A stretch of DNA of 63,109 bases, counting the filler, from Hyphochytrium catenoides (taxonomy: Eukaryota > Protista > Hyphochytriomycota), in NCBI GenBank assembly GCA_900088475.1. It is 12 parts of 12 records of this genome, joined end to end, with 100 filler letters (N's around TTAATTAATTAA, not from the genome) between each part and the next. Parts side by side here need not be neighbours in the genome. Positions count along the whole stretch, not along the records: positions 1 to 21,067 come from FLMG01004011.1; 11 more parts are not named here. The stretch is one strand, 5' to 3'. Within the stretch, counting starts at the first letter, position 1; each line of letters begins with the position of its first letter. The notes under the pieces were generated by a model that was not told where the DNA came from, searched no databases, and was given only the letters and a program-made list of their open reading frames with translations. Shown here one piece after another: positions 1 through 11,338 of this stretch. Both the position numbers and the translations under genes were made by a program.

Positions 1-1415
1 AGAGAGAGAGAGAGAGAGAAAGTGGGGTAAAGATAGAGAGGACGAGAGAGAGGGAGAAAGAGAGAACAAGAGAGAAAGAGATAGAGAGAGACAGAGAGAA
101 AAAAAGAATAGGGATCGAAAGTGAGAAATGTGGAGAGACGGCGAAACCGAGAGACAGAGTGCGAGAGAGGTTTGGACTGAGACCTGATCTTCCCATGACA
201 TTGACGCCCCAACCTAACAGACCGACACACACACTCCCATCACTTCCATTGTTGGGTCACCAAGCCCCCACCACGGCATTTCTTGCTCGCTTCCTTGCTC
301 CTCTTCTCTCCTCTCTAATGTCTGGGCGCGAGCAGCCTCCTCCCTCGAGTGACCATGACGCTGTCACTCGCATCTGGTCAATCAGTCTAGGAATTCAGAC
401 AGACAGCCTGCCCAGTCTAGGAAGTCAGAGCAAGCTGAAGAGCAATAGAGACTCTATTGAGCTGAATGGGCTCGGCATCTGGCATCGGCACCGCCCATGG
501 TCTACGGCTCATGCCATGTCGAATAGGAGGCTGAGGTTCATATTGGCAGGTAGAAAGGATGCATCTGTTGCCTTCCTTCTCCAGATCTCCAAATCAAAGG
601 TTCTAAAGCTGTCCCATTGGGGCGGTCTTCTTGTCCTTGTATGGACAGATCGACAAAAGAAAAGGAAGAGTCGTCCCGGTGGCTTTATTGCTAGGCGCAC
701 ATGGCCTAGCTCTTGGCGTCTGCCGCTCAACATACTGATAAGACCCCTCCCCCATTTCGCTCGCACCATGCTTTATGCCTTGACTTGGCTTCTGGAGAGG
801 AACCAATACCCCCATAGTCAGTTTAATAGCCTTTCCGGTGCTTGCCTGCCGTCAGTCCACATCTCGATGTCCACCTCCCTCGCGCCCTTTTTAGGAAAGC
901 TCTCCATCCAGCCAAGCATTGCAGAGCACCATGCTCACAGCTGGGTAGCTCTGGATAGGCTAATCGCGGCGTAAGTCTATCTTCTTAGCCAGCCAGCCCC
1001 TGTAACAGCCGGTATTTCTTCACTGAAACGTCGAACATGCCACAGCTCTTGCTGTTAATTGAAGCTTGAGACTCGTTAACGTTAACAGATCCGCAATCAA
1101 TACAGATGACCGACGCCACCTATCAGGCTTGTAAGGTCCCCATTGCGTGCTAGTCAAGGCATTGCCTGCGCCAGGCTTTGGACTCACAGCATGTGAGGCG
1201 ATCGAAAGGCAAGAGATGGCGCTTGGGGCAAGAAAGCAGGATGGACTTACATACATAGGCAGTGAGATTCACTATATACTTTTATTATTAGCTAATAATA
1301 AGAGGCTTTAGCAAAACAGAAGGATAGCAGTGGCAGGGTAGCTGCGCCGACCACTGCTTGACTGGGACCACATGGTGCTCTTGGAGAGCCTTGATAGTGA
1401 CAGAACAATAACGAG

Positions 1416-3632
1416 TTATGAACATTGGCTTGGAAGCCCAAGCTCGCTGTTGGAGACCGAAGTGCTGATGCCCATCCATGACCGCATAGCCGTGATAATA
1501 GCCTTATCTCTGTGTACCCGCGTGTACTTGCCACTCTGCCAATTTCCACTGGCATCAAAGACGGTGTAACCGCATACGTTAGGGTCATGCGCAGGCGTGA
1601 AAGCCACGCTAACGCAGTCCTTCCTTGGTCCCGTGTATCGAGAGCAGTCTGACTTCCCATCTGGGAAGCCCTGTGCGCTGGAGGTAAACGAGTACGATGA
1701 CAGCACAAGCTTGATTTTCCAGTCCGCGTCTGTCCGGGTGAATAGGCGCACTTGAAAGCTTCTATGCTTGTTAAGGTCCCGGTCCTTTAGCAGTACCGAG
1801 CCAGTGTCTCCCATATCCCTTGATGAAGATCCCGGGTTCTGCTGGTCGTGGTCATCGTTTTGGATGACAAACCGGCTCGGGGGAAGGACCCAAGAACCAC
1901 AAGCAGGGAACTCCTTAGGATAATCGGAAGCCCAGATCTTAATCTTGTCTACATCAGAGGAGGCAATGCCCTTGGAGCTGAGGGCATTGTAGAAGTAGGT
2001 GTAGTACTGATAGCTGCTTGGCCTGCAGGCGAGAAGGTCCTTCTCGCCACCCAGGATGATCTCCAGCCAAGAGACAAAGTCTGCAGGCAGGTTGCCACCA
2101 AGGTTCTTATTGAAGCGGCCAAAGATAGCGGAGAGATCATCTGGACGGATGTGCTTGGCTGCATCCACCCTGAAACCAGAGAATCCAATGCCAACAAGCT
2201 CCGTCAAATAGTCGGCAATGCGCTGCTGCACGTAGGGCTTGGACGTATCCAGATCGGTCAGTCCAACTAGCCAACCGCTGTCAAGGATGGTAGGATCAGT
2301 CCAAGAGGAAAGGGACCGTTCACAATGGAAGTCAGTGGGCCCATACGGCACAGCTGGAAACTCCAAAGCTGGGCGATTGCCAGTGTTCGGGTTGAGCTGG
2401 TAGGTCCAGGCATGAGTGTAGAAGGGCGACTGGGCAGTGCCATTCTTGGGGCCCCACCGCTGGCAGCCGCCCTGGTTGTTCCTATGGAAGTTCAGATCGT
2501 TCCCGCTTCCACTCATATGGTTCACGACTGCATCTGCGTAGACCCGAACGCCATTCTTGCGGCAGGTCTCAATCATGCTCTTCAGCTGGCTTCGAGTACC
2601 CATTCGGGAGTGCAGTTTGTAGGAGACAGGCTGATAAGTGAAGAACCAGGGGTTGAGGCCACGAGTATTGTCGTCCAGGTACTCATCAGTGGTGAGGTGC
2701 TCTTGAGGCGGGTTAATCTTCACTCCTAGGTACCCAGCCGGGCCTAGATGAGCCACACATTCCTTCGCGATCTCCTCATAAGGCCAACCGAACAACTCGA
2801 CGATGGCTCCTTTTTGTCCGTCATACTTGTACTTGGAGTTCACCGCGGGAACGTTCCAGACAAAGTCCACAGGCTCCAGTTTAAGCTCCGCCCCCAAGCT
2901 GGCGGAAGAGACGCTGATCATTAGAGAGCCAGTGACCGAGGATGCGGAGGCGGTGAAGACGTTAGAGGTAGAGGTGGCACCATTGTAGCTGTAAGCGAGG
3001 TCAGAGACGGCCTTCTTAGCAAAGGTAACCACCGTGACTTTGGCAGCGGTGCGCGCTGAGTCGGTGTACTCTACTCTGGCATAACCTTGAAGAAGACCAT
3101 AATCCTGGAAGGACGCTTGCCAGTCTGAAGACCCCCTCAAGGGGGTTTGATAGCGTCTGGCCTCATTACTCTCAGGATAGTTAGACTGTGAGCCTTGGCA
3201 GGTGTCCAGCCCATTCCAGTTCGTGCAGCTGTTAGGATCCAATGGTGGCACGACAGTCGGCGTGACAGATGGTTCAGAAGGACCAGGAGTCGGAGTGGGC
3301 GTTGGGTTCGGGGTGGTGGTGGTCGGCGCTGAGGATGGCTCTGGGGCAGGTGTGGGTTGCACTGTTGGTTGAGGGGTGGGCGCGGGACTTGGTCTAAGAG
3401 TTGGTTTGACAGTTGTTGGCTCTGGAGTGGGCTGAGGAGTTGGTTGGGGTGTGGGCTGAGGAGTAGTAGGAGCCACAGTTGGGGGCAGGGAGGGGGTCGG
3501 GATAGGCGAAGGCTGGGGGTTTCCTGTGGGAGAGCTGCAGATGACATCTTCTGCCGCCCAAATGCCATTCTCCATAATTCCCGCGAGCATCACGGCCGCC
3601 AGGGCTGCAGCGGTCTTGATTGATCGCTTCAT
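1416..3632 (-). CDS. Secreted alpha-amylase (GH13) with Pro/Thr-rich N-terminal linker
   Basis: Intronless 738-aa ORF. Signal peptide ([18 protein letters not shown]), ~100-aa PT-rich tract, then GH13 conserved regions [15 protein letters not shown] (nucleophile Asp), WLEI (acid/base Glu) and NDDHD, plus YQPVSY and LVGLTDL. Confidence 0.95.
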   Translation of the reverse strand: MKRSIKTAAALAAVMLAGIMENGIWAAEDVICSSPTGNPQPSPIPTPSLPPTVAPTTPQPTPQPTPQPTPEPTTVKPTLRPSPAPTPQPTVQPTPAPEPSSAPTTTTPNPTPTPTPGPSEPSVTPTVVPPLDPNSCTNWNGLDTCQGSQSNYPESNEARRYQTPLRGSSDWQASFQDYGLLQGYARVEYTDSARTAAKVTVVTFAKKAVSDLAYSYNGATSTSNVFTASASSVTGSLMISVSSASLGAELKLEPVDFVWNVPAVNSKYKYDGQKGAIVELFGWPYEEIAKECVAHLGPAGYLGVKINPPQEHLTTDEYLDDNTRGLNPWFFTYQPVSYKLHSRMGTRSQLKSMIETCRKNGVRVYADAVVNHMSGSGNDLNFHRNNQGGCQRWGPKNGTAQSPFYTHAWTYQLNPNTGNRPALEFPAVPYGPTDFHCERSLSSWTDPTILDSGWLVGLTDLDTSKPYVQQRIADYLTELVGIGFSGFRVDAAKHIRPDDLSAIFGRFNKNLGGNLPADFVSWLEIILGGEKDLLACRPSSYQYYTYFYNALSSKGIASSDVDKIKIWASDYPKEFPACGSWVLPPSRFVIQNDDHDQQNPGSSSRDMGDTGSVLLKDRDLNKHRSFQVRLFTRTDADWKIKLVLSSYSFTSSAQGFPDGKSDCSRYTGPRKDCVSVAFTPAHDPNVCGYTVFDASGNWQSGKYTRVHRDKAIITAMRSWMGISTSVSNSELGLPSQCS

Positions 3633-6600
3633 GATTCTTGACGTTCTCTTGCTATCTGAACAAAGGCGCTTCTACAAGCGTCGGGGGAATGGGATAAGAG
3701 ATGATAAGCCTTGTTGGTTGGAAGGCTTATTGGAAAATGGGCTACTACTAGGAAGTAGCAGGGAGAAGAGAGTTGAAGGGCAGAAGAGACGGTGCACATC
3801 ATACTACCCTTTGTTAAAGGAAAGAGAGTAGACACGGGAGTTTGTATGGGTGCTTGTCAGTGAACTCGTCTGATGATAGCAGAGAGCGGAAGAGAGAGCG
3901 CCAAGGACCTCTTTTCCTTCTTCTGGAGCTTCGGGGTTTAAAGTTGGAGTTCAATAATAGACGAGCAGAATGTCAAAGGTCAACAGCAGCTCAGCAGCAT
4001 CTCTCAGGCTCAACTTGCACACACACGCAAGGTGTAGAACGGACAGCAGCACGACGCCCTGACGTCAAGCAAGGTACCATCTTCTTCCCTCTTCTTCTTT
4101 GTCCACTGCATGGGCAGACACGTACCACCCGGAGATGAGTGTGTGTGTCCATAGATTTGTACGGCGCGACTGCTGGTAAGAGGCGTCAGGCATCCGACTC
4201 GAGGTGTTTGGACACCTCTTATTGGAGAGATGCTAGGCAAGTTGAGGTGCAGCGAAGATCGACCCGAGGAGAGCAGAGCAAGAGGGGTGGAACACCTGAT
4301 CTCACTTTCCCCCCTTCCTCGCACAAACAAGAGGAACAAGGGAGGACACTTCATGGTTTCTTCTGCCCTGCTTGGTCCTCTCGACTGTCTCTCCTCTCTC
4401 CTTCCTCCACCCCTTCTCTATCCTCTCATAGCTTCCTCTTCTCCTCCTCTCTAGCTCTCCCTCACCCCTCCTCTCAAGCCTGTCCCTGCCTCTCCAAAGA
4501 AGCTTTCCCCGTAGCTCTACTGTTTCCCTGCCTCTTCCCCGTTACCAAAGGAAGAGCAAGGCGTGCGGCGGCGGTCGTGGCTGTGTGATGGATGAAGAAG
4601 AAAGAAAGCGATGGCGCGGAGCTGGTGATGGCCATCGGCGCTGCTTTCCTGCCTTTGGTCGCTCACCAACTGCACTCAACCACCACCGGCGGATTACCTT
4701 CAGGTTACACAGCAGACGGGGTCTCTGATCTATGATGAAGGGGGGAATACGATTAGGTGTTGGGAAGACTTCAAGCCCAAAACGTTTCTAAGATTTACCC
4801 ATTACGACACGCCCATGCTCCACGCGTCTCTCCATTGTTATTATAAACCCACGTGATGATCAGTGGGAGTCATACCACGATAGGGTTATCTACTCTTTGA
4901 GGCAGGGGTGCTGACAAATGGGGTATGGGTTTGAGGTTGATGTTCAAGGAGGTTGGCCAGCCGTCTCCGTTGACGTTGGGAGCGAGCCTACAGGCGCTCT
5001 CCTCCTCTCATCAATCGTGGGGCAGACTCATAGCCAGCGAGACAGACAGCTAGCTCTTCAGAGTCTACAGACCACGACGACCACCAGCGGCTAGCTAGTA
5101 GCATGAGGCTGGGCTGCTGGGCTTGCCGGGCTCCCTGATCACGCGGGGCGGAGTCTCTCTTCTCTTGCTCTCTTCCTCTTGTTGGCGGCCCCCACCTCCC
5201 ATAATCCATCCGCAGGTACAACTATCAAAGACCGATCTGCCTGCGTCGAGTAGTCAACGAGCCTTCTTCTTTGTTCTTCTCTCACCACAACATGTCGTTT
5301 AGGCAGCGACGGCTGTGAGGGGAAGAAGGAGGTACAAGGAGGAGGAGAGTAAACTTTTTTGCTGGGGCTGCTGGCGTGCAATCCTAGGAAGAAGACATCT
5401 CTCCGACCGGCTGCCTTTCTTTCACATGCTTGTCTACCCTTTCTGCCGTCATCTCCCTTGCCAACCCGCTCCTCTCGGTGCTGGCGCTTCCTTTGAGTAG
5501 TCGTACAAAGATCTGGGAATCATTACCCTCCAATTGTCTTTCTCCGGTCCACCACGATTCGAAAGATTCTCTTTGCTTCCTAGTTCCTCATTCGGATGCT
5601 ATGATAGAGTAATAGTAGTATGGCCGCCCTCTCTCCTTCCTTTGTCCTCCCTTCTATTGAGATTACTATCTACCGCTTGCTGCTCACTTTAGTCTACCAC
5701 TTCAGCTTCTTCACGTCGTTGGGTTCCCTTAGACAGCATACTTCACTAGTGAAGAATGCTTTGCTTCGTCCAAGTGGAGCATTTCAAGGGCCGATCTAAT
5801 GTTGACAGCAATTTTGATAGAAGATTGAGCATTTTTGGTCCCATCTCCTAGTGGCCTGCCATCATGCAGCAGCATGTGACGGCCATTCCTCGTGTCGCGA
5901 TCTTTGTAGTCTTAGAAGGTGGGTTCAACCAGCAGGACGTCTTGTCCTGTTATCTTTACAAGCGCGGTGCGTGCATTTATCTCTTCGTGCACCTTCATCT
6001 CCCAGAGTTTTTTGTTTCAGCGAGCGCAAGTTCAAGCGCCACTTCAAGGATGGCGGGAAAACTAATGAAGAAATCGATCTTCGTCACCAACTATCGTCAG
6101 CTCAGACTGCCATTTGGACCGGCAGAACTCCAGCACCGCCCACGATTACTTCCGTGCAGCATCTATGCTTATGATTGACCTGTGACGACAATTCTGAGAC
6201 GCCTGACCACGACAGGACTCACACCGCCCGTCGCCTTTGTTCACCGCCTTCCTAGCTCAACTCTATGATAATATAAACGTCTACAATCACTTAGTTCGTA
6301 AGGCAAGTGATCCGTAGATTAGTGAAGCCTCGACCTAGTTTACACCTGGCATTCGCGCTGGCCGCGTTCCTTCTTTCTTCCATAATGTAGGTGTGGGCTC
6401 AGAAATGCCTTCAACCCTGGAGGAGGACGTGGCTTGAAGAAGGGAAGAGCAGCAAGGAACAAGGAGAGCTAGTGATTGCCTTCTGGATGCCAGTTTTCAG
6501 CTGCCCAAGTTGGTGTTCTTGGAGTCATCGGGGTACTTTTGGGTAATTAGGCAACTGCCTCTCAGAAGGCTGTGTATAGCTTACAGACTTTAGTAATCTC

Positions 6601-7085
6601 AAGTCCGAAATTTCCACATGATGTACTTAGAATCGGTATACCTTATTATCCTCGGGAACCTATGCAGTCTTCCTCCTGGTGCTGTGGATTGAGGTCAGTA
6701 ACGGACCGGCGAAGGCTGCCTGCCTCAGCGCCTGGGTGACGTTCTTCTTCGGAATGGAGGACGAATGTCTTCAAGGCAAGGAGGAAGGGCATCAATGGGC
6801 AAGGGGCGAGGATGGAAGAAAAGACCATGAGAGGAGACAGGAAGGCGGTAGACCAACCCAGGACACGGTGCCAGTATAGAGCACGGAAGGTTGAGGCAAA
6901 CGGCGGGAGGAGCGACGCAAGCCTGATCTATTTGGCTAACGCTGTTGGGGTCATCTATAAAGTCAACGCCATGCACTCACCGAGGAGTTCAGGGTCATGA
7001 GGTGCATTGTACCGTTCTCAGGCTAGCCCTTGCTCTTAGCATTGCTTCTACACCCGGGGGCAGGTAGTCCTTAGCAAGTACAGCT

Positions 7086-9155
7086 ATGGGAAACTGCAAG
7101 AGCAATGCGTCAGAGAATGCCTCAGATCCTACGCCGCCACCTCTAGATCAAGAACAAGATATAGAGGACACTAAAAAGCCTGATGAAGCGGTGACAGACA
7201 ATCAGAAAGCGGAAGATCTAGAGGAGAAAGGAATTGCTGAGGATGAGTCTGATGAGGAAGACGTAGGTGTAGACATTGGAGACGATGATGAAGTAAGCAA
7301 TGCTGTAGAATCCCGGCTCAGAGAGGCAGAGAAATGTATTGGCAAGCTAGAAAAGAAGCTGAAGGAGGCGGAGCGGCAGGAAGGAGCTTTGAAGGAGGAA
7401 CTGGCTGCAAAGGGCGTCGAGCTTGACAGAGTTAAAGCTGAGCTGGAAGATATGAACCTTCGAAGCTCAGTGATCGAGGAGATGGTAATGCCCGCAATGC
7501 TACTCTATTAGGAGTTCCCCATGTGCTCTCTCTCTCTCTCTCTTGTCCCGTATTGCCGCTTACGGTCCCTGCGATCCTTTGTCCTTTCTCTTGCTTCGAG
7601 ATCCTGACTCAAAGAGCAGATTTCTTTTGTCGACCTTGGTGTCTTCTCGCTGCCGTTATTATCGTCCTTGTGAGAGCATTGGTGACCTCTGTGGCACCGC
7701 CGGCAATCTATTTCTCTCACTGTTCATCCGCACTGTTCTATAGTCATCTGCACTTGTCCTGTCATCTCTGTTAAGCTCCTTGTGCCAGCTGTGCTATGTA
7801 TCTGACTTCTCTGCCCTTCGCTATTGCCGTGCTCTGCTGTCACTTCTTCGTCGGTCGTACTCCTACATGTCAAGCTGGCCTCCGTGACTTCAGAGAAAGA
7901 GGATTTGGAGCGATTGAACGCTCAGAACAAGGCTTACATAGACGCGATGAAGTGGGAGGTTGTGAAAGCGCGGACTCTTGGGTCCCCTGCGAGTCGGAGA
8001 AGCAGTTCTACAGCGTCAACCAGTGGACCAGAAGGTACTGCTGGAAAGGTTGGCAGGAGGGTGACTGTAGCCGGATCAGAGCAGAACATGAAGAGTCCGT
8101 TGAGTCTTTCTGCTCCTCAAGCGTTGTCACCAGTGCAGAACCACGAAAACAATAAGAAGGAACGTGACCGGGAACTGGTGGATGCAGAAGAAGGAGAAAG
8201 GACTCAGATAACGCAGGAAAGCTCAACTCTTAGAAAGGAGACAGGAGACCAGAATACATTGCTGACATCTAGCCATGAAGAGGGAAGAGAGGAGGTACTA
8301 CCGGTCTCCGCTACTTTTCTTCCTCTTGCCTACCCCTTAGGTGACCAGGAGGCTGTCACGCTAAGCCCAGAAGAACCGCAAGAACAGAAAGAGGACGAAG
8401 CTGACGAGGGCAGAAGCTCAAAGGGCAGTACAGCGCCCTCCTCTGCGACATACTACCAGCCAACGCCTGATGCAGAAGGAGACGTGGAGTTGGAGGCTAA
8501 GACTGAGCTAGCCAAGTCTCAATCGGTGGATTCGACTGCGGCTTCTCTCATAGAGAAGGGAAAAGAAGAGGTTGATCATACTACGCAGAGGAGCGGCAGT
8601 TCGCTCTCCCTCCTGCAACTAGAGAGTTCGAGCTTAAAGGCCGAGACTATTTCAGCTGGGGATGCTCGTCAGGACGAGGTCGGGGCGGGAGAAGACCTGA
8701 GAGACAAGACACAAGAGACTACTGGGTCGACGCAACAACGAAACAGCCAGCTAGTAGGGTGGAAAGAGGGCAGGCCAACAGAAACCGCACCAGTGGAGAA
8801 GATGATGATGGGCGAGATAGCTGAGGATGCACAAGTTATTTCGAAGGAGGTAGAAGAAAGAAGACCGACAGAAGTCCACGAACCTGTGTCAGAGGAAATC
8901 CAGTCTATTGTGACAGGAGATGAGCTGGAGAAGGGTTCTAAAGTCTCAGGTGAGCCCGTCCGTACTGCTCCTAAGATATTATATGGATCTGTGACTGGGC
9001 TTTCCCCCTTACTCTTTCTTGCTTGTGGACAACCAGCTCGAGAGAGACGACCTAAGCTTATCGAGTTCGAGGACGATAGAGACGACCTGACCAGCAATGG
9101 GTCTAACCCTAAGACATCAAGCAAGACAGTCGTAATGGTATGCGAGGACCTCTAA
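7086..9155 (+). CDS. Hypothetical acidic coiled-coil protein with N-terminal myristoylation/palmitoylation motif (spliced)
   Basis: Exon 1 starts MGNCKS and contains a heptad-like stretch (ESRLREAEKCIGKLEKKLKEAE), ending at the donor GAGATG|gtaatg (~7483). The frame resumes near 7875 (LASVTSEKEDLERLNAQNK) as a long Glu/Ser-rich exon. A further short intron is likely at ~8950-9036. The 3' end is uncertain. Confidence 0.65.
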
Positions 9156-9326
9156 GAGAGGAAGACTGTAGTAGATTCTGCCATGCTCAGCTAGGCGTAA
9201 GTACTGATTGAACGAGCAGGGAACACCTGCTGAGAGACTCTAGACGGTCTGTCTTAGAGAGTTCAGAGCTGTGTCCACGATAAACTACGCCCAAACGGCA
9301 TCAGTAGGACTCTCTAGCAAGTGTAC

Positions 9327-9389
9327 TCTAATATATATATATGAAGACCATCACACAGTCAAGACACTGTGTGGTGCTCTGATTCCTAG
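9327..9389 (+). mobile_element. Candidate ultra-short Helitron-like element
   Basis: Starts TCTAATATATATATATG. Has an 11-bp stem hairpin CATCACACAGT/ACTGTGTGGTG (9349-9376), then CTAG (9386-9389) followed by T, matching the Helitron terminal pattern. The upstream base is C rather than the expected A. Confidence 0.35.
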
Positions 9390-9452
9390 TGCAGGGTAAG
9401 AAAGCACCGATCCCACCTTCCGTCGCTTTCTTTTCCCTTACTTCCTCTCAAT

Positions 9453-11338
9453 CTAAACTCCTGCGAACCGCGCGTCAGGGCTTCCAAGCTCGCGGTCGCT
9501 CTTGGCGCTCTCAAGCTTGTCCTGGTCCTTTCTCTTCGATTGGGAGAAGATCGGGTCCACGCGGCCAAGAGAGGACATCAAGCTTCTCCTCACGGCTGCG
9601 TCCTTGTCTTCAGGAGCATCCACAATCATTGGAGGCACGTAGTCAGTGCCTTGGAAATAATGAGCGATCAGCATCATGACTCCAATGACGGAGTAGCCGA
9701 CGCAAAGGTGCCAGCCTACATCCCCGTCCTCCCAGGTCCAGCCCACCTTGGTCCCGTGAATGAAGCCAAATAGGGAGAAGATGGCAGCGGAAAAGGTCCA
9801 GATACTGGCCTTGATGAAGTTCCTGTCAATGATGTAGAGCATCATGCACGCCCAGATTAGACCTGTCAACATTTGACCGTGACCAGTATTCCTCAAGCCT
9901 TGCGTCGATGCTGTCATTGCGCTAGCCGCAGCCTGAGCAGTCTTTTGGTTGTTAGCAAAGCCTGGGAACGTCGTCACAACGCTCCCTAGTGGGTCGGCAA
10001 TCGTCGACATTCCCCACTCGGCCAAAGTAGGTGCAATGCCCATGATAAAGACAGGATATTGACGAGGCTTAGCAATGCTCAGCGTTTCTGAGCAAATCAC
10101 CAGACCCACGAATACAATGACCGGAGACAGTGCGTCCACAGAGATGAGCTTCAAAAAAGGCGCTGCCAGCCCGGTCATGCAGAAGATGAAGAAACAGATG
10201 CCATTCGCCAGATTGTACCCTACTCTGCCTCCGATCATCTGATACCCAGGGTGATTAGGATAAACAGTCATTCCCAAGTATGATCCAAAGAGGGCGGTGA
10301 TGGTGGTGCCAATTCCATCTCCAACCATAGACCAGCGGACAGAGTACATGTCTCCGCCCTGATGGCAAAGTTCCACGCAGGTGATAGTTCCAAGGCAGAT
10401 AGCGATTGCCACAGGGATGATGATTCCTAGGAAGCCGTCGATCTTATCGAAGTTATTGATCACATCGCTGATGGGAAACACAAGGCCGTGAAATCCAATT
10501 TCTTTAGAGTTCTTCTCTACCTCAGACCACTTGTTGACCCCGTTGATCCACGCCAGTATTGTGCCCACTAGGAGTGCAAATACAGCGGTAGGAATGGGAC
10601 CCCAGCGAATCTCTCCGAAGTATCCCATCATGACGATGAAGAGAGATACCACGCACACCATAGGATTGACCATGGAGCCCACGATAGAGTTGAGTGTCAA
10701 ATATGCGACAGCAACACCAGAGATGGACGACAGAAGAGCAAGAGGAGGGGTAAACTCTTGCAACTGCTTGGCCACAGCTGTGGAGACAAGAAGAAGGAGG
10801 CCTGTAAGCAGATTGGCAGCAACAGCTACGAGCCATGCAAGCTCTCTAGCATTTTCAATAACGGCGTTTTTTTCCTCATCCGTCTTAGCGTTCTCCAGAC
10901 CTCCAAGGTTGCTAAAGTAGACTCCAAGCACGATGGAGAATGTGAATGTCAAGGTGCTGAGGTAGGGCAGAGGAGATGAGTATAGAGAAAGAGACATTTT
11001 AGCTTATGCAGAGACTCTGTGTGCTGCACAGGGAAGGGCACTTACCCAGGCGTATTAATGCCATAAGGTTGAACAGTAACATCCCTACGACCGGTCTTAT
11101 GAGCATAAAGGTATCCTTGGATAGAATAGTATAGCGACCCCCAGAGCATGCCGATGCCAGTGGCAGGGACAATTCGGGAGTAGGTAATGTCAGGCCCAAG
11201 ATGTTTCTCTATGATGGAGACCACCAGCATAAGTGTGGACAGGTTGTTGCTGAACAGAGAGACGAAGCAGTCTACATCTGCCAGAACAAAGATGGGTATG
11301 GAGCTGAAGAGCGCCCTCAGGTACGCGAGGTTCCACAT
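9453..11338 (-). CDS. Xanthine/uracil/vitamin C (NCS2-like) permease, bacterial-type family; 2 exons
   Basis: Exon 1 11338-11046 (MWNL...DVDCFVSLFSNNL...DVTVQPYGINTPG), intron 11045-10957 (GTAAGT...CTCAG), exon 2 10956-9453 in frame. Many TM helices plus the motifs SMVGDGIGT and TVYPNHPGYQMIGGRVGY. Confidence 0.85.

Noticed and set aside
159-1256. 271-aa ORF at 159-974 and a minus-strand WTDG motif reminiscent of RNase H
   Set aside because: There is no convincing family motif and the minus frame has several stops. It may be a decayed TE but that cannot be supported.
5640-6180. Minus-strand coding-like stretch with in-frame stops (similar opaque stretches at 12700-14100, 44400-45850 and 59200-61200)
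   Set aside because: Probably decayed TE or gene fragments, but no recognisable motif supports a call.
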